Assembly: GCA_048938005.1 (NCBI GenBank)
Contig: JBHLMQ010000012.1
Location: forward strand, 1 to 64,000
Length of the DNA stretch: 64,000 nucleotides
Direction of reading: 5' to 3'
DNA from: Promethearchaeota archaeon
Lineage (GTDB): Archaea > Asgardarchaeota > Lokiarchaeia > Sigyniarchaeales > SOKP01
Shown here: one piece after another, positions 1 through 8,364 of the stretch
Numbering within the stretch: position 1 is the first letter of the stretch
Layout: every line of letters begins with the position of its first letter
Notes under the pieces: model-generated
The model's database searches: none
Seen by the model: only the letters and a program-made list of their open reading frames with translations
What the model was told of the DNA's origin: nothing
Made by a program: the position numbers and the translations under genes

Positions 1-150
1 TTCACCAAAAATGGTTTAAAGAGACAAAATAATTATGCTCAAAATAAAATATTAATTTGTCAACTTTGTCATGTGAAAAAAGGAAATTTTTATAAACGAA
101 AAAAATTCAATATATATTGTCAAAAAAATATAAAGAACGGAGTACCATGA
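1..150 (+). CDS. Partial (5'-truncated) ORF ending in an HNH-endonuclease-like motif
   Basis: Frame 1 is open from base 1 to TGA 148-150: FTKNGLKRQNNYAQNKILICQLCHVKKGNFYKRKKF...; N-x-x-L-x-CxxCH-x-x-K resembles the C-terminal half of the HNH motif. Not in the ORF track. Confidence 0.35.
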   Translation, partial: FTKNGLKRQNNYAQNKILICQLCHVKKGNFYKRKKFNIYCQKNIKNGVP

Positions 151-170
151 TAGAAAATATATTCTTATAC

Positions 171-250
171 CTAATGCCGTTGAATCGGCTAAATACCTCA
201 ACCCTTAACCCTGAGCACAGTTTTCAACAGACTGGGCGGGTAATTATTAG
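171..250. ncRNA. Candidate structured RNA element (multi-stem, possible kissing loop)
   Basis: GC-enriched island. Pairings 171-175/246-250, 176-179/186-189, 197-200/212-215, 218-223/229-234; GTTGAA (179-184) is complementary to TTCAAC (223-228). Confidence 0.35.
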
Positions 251-394
251 ATAAATACGTCTCCTCTTTTTGCAATTTTAGAAATCATGGTTTCCTGTTC
301 TTTCCTACTCCTTTTTTGACATTAAAATTTCAATTCTTCACATAAATTTGATAACCGACAAAATTGTTATATAATTTTGGAAAGTAAATTTAAA

Positions 395-1213
395 TCAAAT
401 TTTCTTCTGAATTTTTTTTATAACTCTTAGATCAGTTTCTATTTTCTTTTCTTTAAATAATTCAACAAGTGCATTCAGGATCAAAGATATTCCATATTTT
501 TGCTTAAAATGCTTAATGATCAATTTAACCAATTTCATATTAGATTTGTAATTTTTAGGAATTATTTTGAAATAGTTTATTATTTGACTTTTTAATATTC
601 TTTTTACACTTCTATCATAAAATCTAGCTAATTTAAAACCGTTATAATTAACAAAACAAATGGCCCAGCTTGGAATTTTGGCATAATTCACATTCTTGAT
701 ATAATAGCTCTCATACTTTACCCGAAAAATTTTTCGATTCTTTTTTTTCGATGAAAAGGAGAAATGTAAAGCAAAGGGAGCTGATATTGTTGTTTTATCT
801 TTATAAAAGTTTATATTGACGTAGTAAACTCTTCCACTGTACATTCTATGTAAGAAATTTTCAGCCATACTGATTTTAACATCCTTTTTATCTTCAGGAA
901 ATTTTGGAGAAGCAACACAGGCTCCCTTTCCATAAAGAATCCATAAAACATGTATCCCATTTTTGTTATAATGTTCAGTTCGATTAACAATCTCCTTGAC
1001 TGTTATTTTTGAATTCTGAACTTCTACAACGATTTCTACTCCCGAGTTCAATCTAAAATAAACATCTGATCTTCTATTACTAACGTATTTTTCAAGAGAT
1101 TTTTCTTCTATATTTTTATTATTTTCTGAAATATATTTAAAAATCAACCTTTTAATTGCTTTGTGACAAAAAGATTCTGATTTTGTGTTATGATTTAATA
1201 AAATATTAGACAT
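395..1213 (-). CDS. CoiA-like PD-(D/E)XK nuclease family protein
   Basis: H..IK, LEKYV..RRSDV, VVEVQNS, RTEHY..GIHVLWI pattern typical of CoiA-like nuclease domains. Confidence 0.65.
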   Translation of the reverse strand: MSNILLNHNTKSESFCHKAIKRLIFKYISENNKNIEEKSLEKYVSNRRSDVYFRLNSGVEIVVEVQNSKITVKEIVNRTEHYNKNGIHVLWILYGKGACVASPKFPEDKKDVKISMAENFLHRMYSGRVYYVNINFYKDKTTISAPFALHFSFSSKKKNRKIFRVKYESYYIKNVNYAKIPSWAICFVNYNGFKLARFYDRSVKRILKSQIINYFKIIPKNYKSNMKLVKLIIKHFKQKYGISLILNALVELFKEKKIETDLRVIKKIQKKI

Positions 1214-1324
1214 TTACCCGGATTTTATTTTAACTCTATCTTAGTTTGTATATATTTATCCTTTAAAATAAATGAAAGCGGGTATATGGATTAATAAATT
1301 CTTATCGCTAATTTTTGAGCGAAT

Positions 1325-2518
1325 TTAGGTTTTGGATAAATTAGGTATGTATTTTTCATTAGAGAGTTCTATTAAAGATTTTGTATAATCTATAATTTTC
1401 TTGGCAATTTCAGGGTGAGAGAGCCATTGGACATCTACTTTTTCTCCTCTATCCCATAATAAATAAGGAGTTTCTTCGTATGGAACTTTCTCTTTGACTT
1501 CTTTTATCCAGCTGTCTGGTAATTTATTTTCTAATTCAACATCGAGCATTCTGGCCAAAAATAATGCCCAAGCTCTTGGTACAGCAGTTATTAAATAACC
1601 TCCCCCACCTAATGCTACCCATTTGTTTTGGCAATATTCTCGAGCACAGGTCTTCATTGTCTGGGCAATATCTCTATATACGGATAGTGAAAATCCCATT
1701 TGTGTTTGAGGATCATCAAAATATGTATCAACTCCTAATTGAGTAATCAAAATATCTGGTGAATATGTTTCCAATATTTTTGGTGCTGTTTTTCTAAATA
1801 AATTGATAAAATTTTTACTATTTGTCCCAGGGATAAGAGGAAAATTAATAGAAAATCCTTTTCCTTTACCTTCACCAATTTCATTTATAAAACCTGTACT
1901 TGGGAAGAGATATCTCCCATCTTCATGATATGAGATTGTTAAAACGTTAGGATCATCATAAAATAGCCACTGAACACCATCTCCATGATGGCAATCAATA
2001 TCTAAATAAGCAATTCTAATATCTTTCTCTAATTTTTTAAGATGTTTAATAGCAACTCCAATATCATTAAAAATACAAAATCCTGAAGCTTTATCTCTCA
2101 TTGCATGGTGAAGTCCCCCTGCTGGATTAAAAGCGATTTTGAATTCTTCATCATTCCAAACTGTTTCTGCGGTTATAATAGATGCTCCACAGATTAAAGC
2201 AGATGCTTCGTACATTCCTTTAAAAATAGGGTTATCTCCAGGACCTAAATTATAACGATAAGGAATCACACTCTTATCATTAGGATTTTCACTCAATTTT
2301 TTGATGACTTCTACATATTGGGGAGAATGAATTGTTTCAATTTCTTGTTGTGTAGCCATTCTAGGTTTCATAATTGTAAGTCTTTGATGTTCTAAGAGCC
2401 TTAGTTTCTCCATTAAACTATATGTTAATTGAAGTCTTAAAGGTCTTAAAGGATGATCTCTACCAAAATTGTATTTCTGATATTCCTCTGAATAAATTAA
2501 ACCCACTTTATCTACCAT
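1325..2518 (-). CDS. acuC: Zn-dependent deacetylase, AcuC/class I HDAC family
   Basis: HPLRPLR, GDNPIF, AGGLHHA, SGFCIFND, DIDCHHGDGVQ, GGGGY motifs. Confidence 0.92.
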   Translation of the reverse strand: MVDKVGLIYSEEYQKYNFGRDHPLRPLRLQLTYSLMEKLRLLEHQRLTIMKPRMATQQEIETIHSPQYVEVIKKLSENPNDKSVIPYRYNLGPGDNPIFKGMYEASALICGASIITAETVWNDEEFKIAFNPAGGLHHAMRDKASGFCIFNDIGVAIKHLKKLEKDIRIAYLDIDCHHGDGVQWLFYDDPNVLTISYHEDGRYLFPSTGFINEIGEGKGKGFSINFPLIPGTNSKNFINLFRKTAPKILETYSPDILITQLGVDTYFDDPQTQMGFSLSVYRDIAQTMKTCAREYCQNKWVALGGGGYLITAVPRAWALFLARMLDVELENKLPDSWIKEVKEKVPYEETPYLLWDRGEKVDVQWLSHPEIAKKIIDYTKSLIELSNEKYIPNLSKT

Positions 2519-2705
2519 AATAGTAATTAGAACTAAAAATCCTATTAGTTATATTAATGTAAATTGCATTTCTCTTTTATTTTTCTAGATAATAATTGAT
2601 AAATCCTAAAAATAATAAATGAGAACTTGTATTATCAAAATATCATAGAAAAATTTATAGTTCATATAAAATTGTTCATATAAAGTTATTTTCTGTCTTA
2701 AGAGA

Positions 2706-3260
2706 ATGAGTGTTAACTTTCGAAAATTTATAACTCGGGTTGGTCGAGAATCTGAATTTAAACCACTTAAGAACCAGCTTCTTAACTATTTAAAAAAAGA
2801 AAGCGAAAATAAATATAAAAATTACCCTAGGCTCTTAGAGTTAATGAATAATTATTGGCCTGAATATAAAGAACGATCTCGCATTTCTCATCTCTTAAGA
2901 GATCATTATGAGGAAATTTTTGCTTTTTATTTGAATAATTTCTTTCATTTTCGGAAGAGAGGCTTAAAATTCTCAGAACCGGAGGCCCCAACTCCAGTTG
3001 ACTTTAAATTAGTTTTTAAATATCATTATAACGATAAAGAAGTTGAAGTTGTAGAAGATGTTATGCAACAATTAAAGATCAATGCCAATACAGAATCAAT
3101 TCTAAAGAGAATCTTTATATTTACAATAAGTTCATTTGGTTTTATGGTTGAACAAATATTTGGCAGACCTTTTGCCTTTCAATTTTTTGATATATCAGCA
3201 AATTCTCTTCCAAATAATGAATGGGAAGTAGTAGCAATAATTTCCGGAAGAGAACAGTAA
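2706..3260 (+). CDS. Hypothetical protein
   Basis: 184-aa ORF with protein-like composition filling the intergenic space; no motif recognised. Confidence 0.7.
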   Translation: MSVNFRKFITRVGRESEFKPLKNQLLNYLKKESENKYKNYPRLLELMNNYWPEYKERSRISHLLRDHYEEIFAFYLNNFFHFRKRGLKFSEPEAPTPVDFKLVFKYHYNDKEVEVVEDVMQQLKINANTESILKRIFIFTISSFGFMVEQIFGRPFAFQFFDISANSLPNNEWEVVAIISGREQ

Positions 3261-3300
3261 AATTTTTTTAATAAAATTGGTATGTTTTAATAGTTTTTTA

Positions 3301-3729
3301 TCATTCTTTGCTAAGAAAAGAACTTAAGTCCATTATGTCATCTCCTCGTTGAACTTTTATTTTACTTTTGATACCTTTAGCTTTCCGTTCTAAATAAATA
3401 ATTGCATCAAGAGGGATCTTTCTTGGGACACCTCCTCTGCTCTTGATTATTGTTAATAAATAATCAATATTCTGTATTACATCTGGACTTATTAATTCAT
3501 TATAAATAGTCTGATAAACATATGGTTCATTAATCCTTAGATTATTTAAATGATTATACGCATCTGAGGCTAAAACAACTTTTAAAACAAAATCTATTTT
3601 TTCTGAAGTTGAAATAATTCTTTGTTGAGCTGCTTCTTTTCTCTTTTTAGCTTCCATCATTGCCCTCATCTTTTTCATACGAATTTTCTCTAATTCATGC
3701 TGATCAAAATCTTTATTTTCATTGTTCAA
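3301..3729 (-). CDS. PDCD5/TFAR19-family dsDNA-binding protein
   Basis: ELEKIRMKKM N-terminal helix and VLASDAYNHLNNLR (cf. ILTPEARERLNNL); GGAGGT SD before TTG start. Confidence 0.7.
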   Translation of the reverse strand: MNNENKDFDQHELEKIRMKKMRAMMEAKKRKEAAQQRIISTSEKIDFVLKVVLASDAYNHLNNLRINEPYVYQTIYNELISPDVIQNIDYLLTIIKSRGGVPRKIPLDAIIYLERKAKGIKSKIKVQRGDDIMDLSSFLSKE

Positions 3730-3992
3730 TTTTACATTACCTCCGAGGATTAAACCGTATTGATCTTCTTGAATTATTTCAATTTGATTAAGTTAATTTA
3801 TTTCAGCTTTTTTCTATTAAATCTAATTAAATTTTTCTACTAAAGAATAATGGTGTTTAGAATAATAATTTTTTGATGCTTTATTACATGAAATTAAATA
3901 ATTTAGCTAAGAGACTAATAAGTATTAAAAATTAAGTTATACTAAATTATTATTAAAATTTTGTAAAAATTTATACTGTCTTAATAGAAAGG

Positions 3993-5966
3993 GTGATTAC
4001 CATTAAAAAAATCTATAGATTATTTACAATTGTTATCATTTTAAGCTTATCTTCTAGCTGGATATTTCAGATGGTTGCTCCTACTCCTATTTTGGATTCC
4101 CCGCAAAGTTCATTAGATAAACCTCAAGATCGTCATAATATTCCTATCAAATTTCCAAAAGTAGCTACAAATGGCGAAAAATATTCATATTATAACCTTT
4201 CTATAGTATTTGATAATTCTACATCATCTGTACAGGGAAATTTAACGGTTAATTTCTATAATAACGATCCTAAGAGTTTTTCAAAAATTCCATTTCATAT
4301 TTTTTTATCAGGAATGGCTTATGAATACCGAATGGGATATATAGACATCTTAAGTGTTACCAAGCTTGAGGCTCCTTACACTAGCTTAATCTATGATGAA
4401 TATTCAAATAACCAAACAATGTGGGTACATCTTGATACTACATTAGAACCCTATCAAAACGCATCTTTTGTGATTTCATTTAATTCAACTCTTCCTGATG
4501 GTGGTATTGATCGAGCAAATTCCCATGGAACTGATCCTAATAGAATTTATAAATTTGCGAGCTTTTATCCTCTCCCATGCGTTTATGATGAATATGATGA
4601 ATGGAATACGGATCCTTACCTCTTAATAGGCGATCCATTTTATTATGATATGGCTTATTACAATCTCTTTATTGAAGCACCAAGTGATTTCGTAATTGCT
4701 GCAACAGGGCAATTAATGAAAAAAATAAACAAAGGAGCAAATATTTTTTATCATTTTGATCCAATATATCCTGTACGAGAAGTTACATTTTCGGCATCAG
4801 AAGACTTCATTGTAGAATCTACTTTAGTAAATGGAGTAAATGTTTCTACCTATTATATACCAAAATCTCAATTTGTTTGGCAAACAACGGCCTTAAATTA
4901 TGGTGAACAAGCTTTGACTCTATTTAATGACACTTTTGGTGAATATCCTTATCCTACATTTAATATTGTTGAGGAATATACATATTTCGGAGGAATGGAG
5001 TACCCATGCCAAGTTTATATTACTGAAGAAACCGATGATTGGGGCCAATTCTGGTTAGAAAAAATTATTGTACATGAAACGGGACATCAATGGTGGTATA
5101 ATTTAGTCGGGAATGACGAGGTTGATTGGGGTTTCTTGGATGAAGGTCTAGTATGTTGGTCAACAGACTATTACGGAGAAATAAACTATGGAGACTGGGA
5201 ATATTTTCAAGATCCTCTCTATAATAATCGTCCTCCATATATTGAAGAAGTAAGGTACCATTATGCGAATACGGGAAACCCTTCAAAAATAAATAGCTCT
5301 GTTTATGAATGCATTGATAGGGGAATGGATTACTATTATATTGCATATCGCAAAGCTCCCTTGATCTTTGAGAAGTTGCGTAACACAATTGGGAATTCAA
5401 ATTTTTTCGCAGGATTAAAACAATTTTTTGAAGAAAAGAAATATAAAATTGCTTTGTTGTCAGATTTACAACTAATTATGGAAAGTGTATATGGGTCTTC
5501 CTTAGATTGGTTCTTTTTACCTTGGTTTGATAATGATTTTCTCCCTAAATATAATTTTCTATCCTGTATTTACAATACTACTGAAAAGACTTTACAAATC
5601 GTAATTAATGATTTAAATGAACCAATAAACAGTTATACCTATTCTCAACAAATACCAATTAACGTATATAATGAGCTTAATAATATTATACATACCGATA
5701 TAATTTGGGTAAATAGTACAACAGTATTAAATATTCCAATGACAAGTGAGCCTACCAAAGTGCGATTAATATATACAGATGATGTATTAGTTCAATTAGG
5801 TTTGATTGATCCTCTTTACTTGGAAAAGTATGTTCAAAAAGTTAATGGAGGAGGTGGCTTTATTCCTGGATACAGTGTAAGCTCACTATTAATATTTTCC
5901 TTATTACCGCTTATCTATCTAATTGCTAAGATATTAATCATACATAGAAAAAAAACCAAAATTTAA
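3993..5966 (+). CDS. Secreted/surface M1-family metallo-aminopeptidase with C-terminal Loki-CTERM-like anchor
   Basis: N-terminal hydrophobic signal; GGMEY; HETGHQWW...DEG (HEXXH-18-E); C-terminal GGGG-FIPGY + TM helix + basic tail. Confidence 0.88.
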   Translation: MITIKKIYRLFTIVIILSLSSSWIFQMVAPTPILDSPQSSLDKPQDRHNIPIKFPKVATNGEKYSYYNLSIVFDNSTSSVQGNLTVNFYNNDPKSFSKIPFHIFLSGMAYEYRMGYIDILSVTKLEAPYTSLIYDEYSNNQTMWVHLDTTLEPYQNASFVISFNSTLPDGGIDRANSHGTDPNRIYKFASFYPLPCVYDEYDEWNTDPYLLIGDPFYYDMAYYNLFIEAPSDFVIAATGQLMKKINKGANIFYHFDPIYPVREVTFSASEDFIVESTLVNGVNVSTYYIPKSQFVWQTTALNYGEQALTLFNDTFGEYPYPTFNIVEEYTYFGGMEYPCQVYITEETDDWGQFWLEKIIVHETGHQWWYNLVGNDEVDWGFLDEGLVCWSTDYYGEINYGDWEYFQDPLYNNRPPYIEEVRYHYANTGNPSKINSSVYECIDRGMDYYYIAYRKAPLIFEKLRNTIGNSNFFAGLKQFFEEKKYKIALLSDLQLIMESVYGSSLDWFFLPWFDNDFLPKYNFLSCIYNTTEKTLQIVINDLNEPINSYTYSQQIPINVYNELNNIIHTDIIWVNSTTVLNIPMTSEPTKVRLIYTDDVLVQLGLIDPLYLEKYVQKVNGGGGFIPGYSVSSLLIFSLLPLIYLIAKILIIHRKKTKI

Positions 5967-6003
5967 TTTTTTTTATTTTTTTTTCTTTTATAATCAGATA
6001 AAA

Positions 6004-6157
6004 TGGTCCCTCCCCCCGGAGTCTGGCTGAATTCGATTCAAATCCATGTTTCGAGCCGGGGACCGCTCGGTTTCGGCTGACGTATCTTCATTAGCTAAAA
6101 GCTTTAGTACGCGATATTCTCTACAGCCGAGCACTCTGACCACTGAGTTAGGGAGGG
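6004..6157 (-). tRNA. tRNA-Tyr(GUA) with two introns (about 6072-6120 at 37/38; about 6023-6051 in the T-loop), CCA encoded
   Basis: CCCTCCC/GGGAGGG acceptor (C1:G72, A73), ACTC/GAGT D-stem, CTCGG/CCGAG anticodon stem with CT-GTA-G, CCCGG/CCGGG T-stem; removing 49+29 nt gives a 76-nt cloverleaf. Confidence 0.9.
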
Positions 6158-6182
6158 AGTGTTAAATTAAATAATTATAGGA

Positions 6183-6196
6183 TTTATATATTTTTT
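6183..6196 (-). promoter_or_regulatory. Putative BRE/TATA promoter of tRNA-Tyr
   Basis: Minus-strand AAAAAA-TATATAAA about 26-39 nt upstream of tRNA base 1; the AT-rich background limits certainty. Confidence 0.45.
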
Positions 6197-6434
6197 ACGT
6201 TTTTATGGATTGAGAAATATAATAGACATAAATTTGTGTGTAAAAAAACATTGAGTTTGAGGTTTTCTTAAACAAAAACTTCAAATATATTTACTTTATA
6301 AGATTAATAACCCAAAAATTTTCCAACTAAAAACCATAAAATAATTTTGTTGTGAAAAATTTTTAATAAATTAATCAATAATTTTACAAAATTAAACTAA
6401 TATAACAAAAAAAATTAATTACAATTTTTTAAAA

Positions 6435-6956
6435 TTGGTGATTATCATCAGAGAAGAGACTGATTATACTGAAGCGATTGAGGCATATAAAAACGATCCA
6501 TACGTTATTTTAGAACCATGGGGCAGGAGTATTGATCATTTAAGACTGACCATCTTAGGAAAAAAAGCAACACCATATGCAGATGGGAAGTTTGTATTCG
6601 AGATAAAATTTCCAGACAACTATCCATTCGCACCTCCATATGCTTACGCAGTTACATTGATGTGGCATCCTAATATTGATAGTTCTATTCCACCTGGGAA
6701 ACTTAATATCTGTTTAGATTTAATTAATCCAGATTTAGTAGGTAAAGTTGATGCATCCACAGGGGCATCTGGTTGGACTCCAAGCAAAACACTAACAAAT
6801 ATTATAGAGGCTCTTAAGGGGATGATGCATGTTGAACCTCCATTTTTTAATCCTGGAGATCCATTAAATCATGAGGCAGGAGAACAATATTTTAGAGCAC
6901 AGAAAAAATTTGAAGCAAAAGCTACTACTTGGACTAAGAAATATGCTATGGATTGA
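6435..6956 (+). CDS. Ubiquitin-conjugating enzyme E2 (catalytically intact)
   Basis: TPYADGKF, FPDNYPFAPP, WHPNI...ICLDL (HPN + catalytic Cys), WTP, DPLNHEA. Confidence 0.95.
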   Translation: MVIIIREETDYTEAIEAYKNDPYVILEPWGRSIDHLRLTILGKKATPYADGKFVFEIKFPDNYPFAPPYAYAVTLMWHPNIDSSIPPGKLNICLDLINPDLVGKVDASTGASGWTPSKTLTNIIEALKGMMHVEPPFFNPGDPLNHEAGEQYFRAQKKFEAKATTWTKKYAMD

Positions 6957-7118
6957 ATTAAAATTAACTATTTTTTCTAATCCTTTATTTTATCAATAAA
7001 AATAATTTATTCAATTAGAAATAATAAATTCTTATTATACGAATTTCATAGAATTGGGTATAAATTGCGATATTATATAAAGTTACGAACTTCATAATTT
7101 TTAGAGAAAGGAAAAACT

Positions 7119-7739
7119 ATGAGGGAATCTTCGCTCAAAAGCAAAAAAGTTATTGTATTCGACTTAGATGGCACAATAGTAAGGTTAACAGCTGATTGGA
7201 TGTCATTAAAAGAACTTTTAGTATTAAAATATCAAAAGATATACAAAGAAACATGTGATTTTAAAAGTATATCAGCTTGTCTTAGTGAAATTGTTAAAAG
7301 AGGAGATGAAAAAGTTTTAAAGAATTTTTTTGATATTATTAGACATTATGAGCTTAAAAATATAGAAGACAACGAACCAATCGAAGAGATTATTTTTTTT
7401 ATTAATAACAAAGAGTTATTTGGAGTCAAGGAAGATGCCAAATTAGCAGTTCTATCTCTTAATACTCGAGAAACTATAATCAAGTCTTTAGAATTAGCAA
7501 ATATTAGCAATAAAATAGATTTAATCATAGGAAGGGAGGATGTAAGAAAATGGAAACCAGATCCAGAGGGGCTTTTAAAAACTCAAGAATATTTCAAAAT
7601 AAAAAAAGAAGATATGATTTATTTCGGAGATTTGGAAAAAGATATTTTCACGGGTAAAAATGCTACAATAGAAACGTATTTAATAGATGATTTAATACAA
7701 TTAATAAATAAAATGAAAAAAGAGCTTAAGAAAGATTAG
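7119..7739 (+). CDS. HAD-superfamily hydrolase (phosphoglycolate phosphatase-like)
   Basis: FDLDGT motif I, KPDPEG, FGDLEKD motif IV. Confidence 0.88.
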   Translation: MRESSLKSKKVIVFDLDGTIVRLTADWMSLKELLVLKYQKIYKETCDFKSISACLSEIVKRGDEKVLKNFFDIIRHYELKNIEDNEPIEEIIFFINNKELFGVKEDAKLAVLSLNTRETIIKSLELANISNKIDLIIGREDVRKWKPDPEGLLKTQEYFKIKKEDMIYFGDLEKDIFTGKNATIETYLIDDLIQLINKMKKELKKD

Positions 7740-7759
7740 AGTCTTTTTATTATACACTT

Positions 7760-8323
7760 TTAGACTTTTATAAAAGTGAAGATTTCATCCTTTCTTTCGA
7801 TAAATTTAAACAATCTATTTCTAGTTATTTTAGTGATAATTTCATCATCCTTTAAATGGTGGTCATCAAATATTAACCATCCATTTTTTTTTAAAACGCG
7901 ATACAATTCTTTTAAAATCTTTTCAGGATCTGATAAATCATGGTAAATATCTAATAATAGAACAAAATCAACAAAATTATCTTCCAACTGTGTATCACAA
8001 TCAGTTAAAATTGTTTCAATATTATTTAATCCCCTTTTTTTTACCCTTTCGTTAACACTATTAATAGCTAGGGGATGGATATCAGCGGCATAAACTTTCC
8101 CTGTATCACCAACTACCTCTGCTGCAGCTATGGTGTAACTCCCAGGACCACATCCATAATCTAATACAATATCTCCTTTCTTTATTTTAGTTTTTTCAAT
8201 TTTATCAGAGGGAGGATATTTTTCATCACGCTGTTTAAAATGTCTTACCATAAACTTAAAAGCTGCTTTGGTCATTGGTTTGTCTTTTTTCCTTTTTTCA
8301 TTATTTTGTGGAATCCTAATCAC
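7760..8323 (-). CDS. Class I SAM-dependent methyltransferase
   Basis: VLDYGCGPG, VYAADI, ELYRVLKKNG. Confidence 0.88.
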   Translation of the reverse strand: MIRIPQNNEKRKKDKPMTKAAFKFMVRHFKQRDEKYPPSDKIEKTKIKKGDIVLDYGCGPGSYTIAAAEVVGDTGKVYAADIHPLAINSVNERVKKRGLNNIETILTDCDTQLEDNFVDFVLLLDIYHDLSDPEKILKELYRVLKKNGWLIFDDHHLKDDEIITKITRNRLFKFIERKDEIFTFIKV

Positions 8324-8364
8324 CTATATTTGAGAAATAAGTATGAAGATAAAAAAAAGGTATT

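Noticed and set aside
171-250. TPP riboswitch, twister ribozyme or SECIS identity for the structured element
   Set aside because: Only partial resemblance; conserved cores (CUGAGA/CUGAU, twister loop consensus, AUGA..GA) are not properly present, and no selenoprotein gene is adjacent.
147-254. 35-aa ORF MIENIFLYLMPLNR... overlapping the upstream stop (ATGA) with GGAG before it
   Set aside because: No recognisable family and it coincides with the structured element; kept only as an alternative explanation.
5967-6435. tRNA-anchored integrated element
   Set aside because: No integrase and no duplicated tRNA 3' end (att site) seen in the window.
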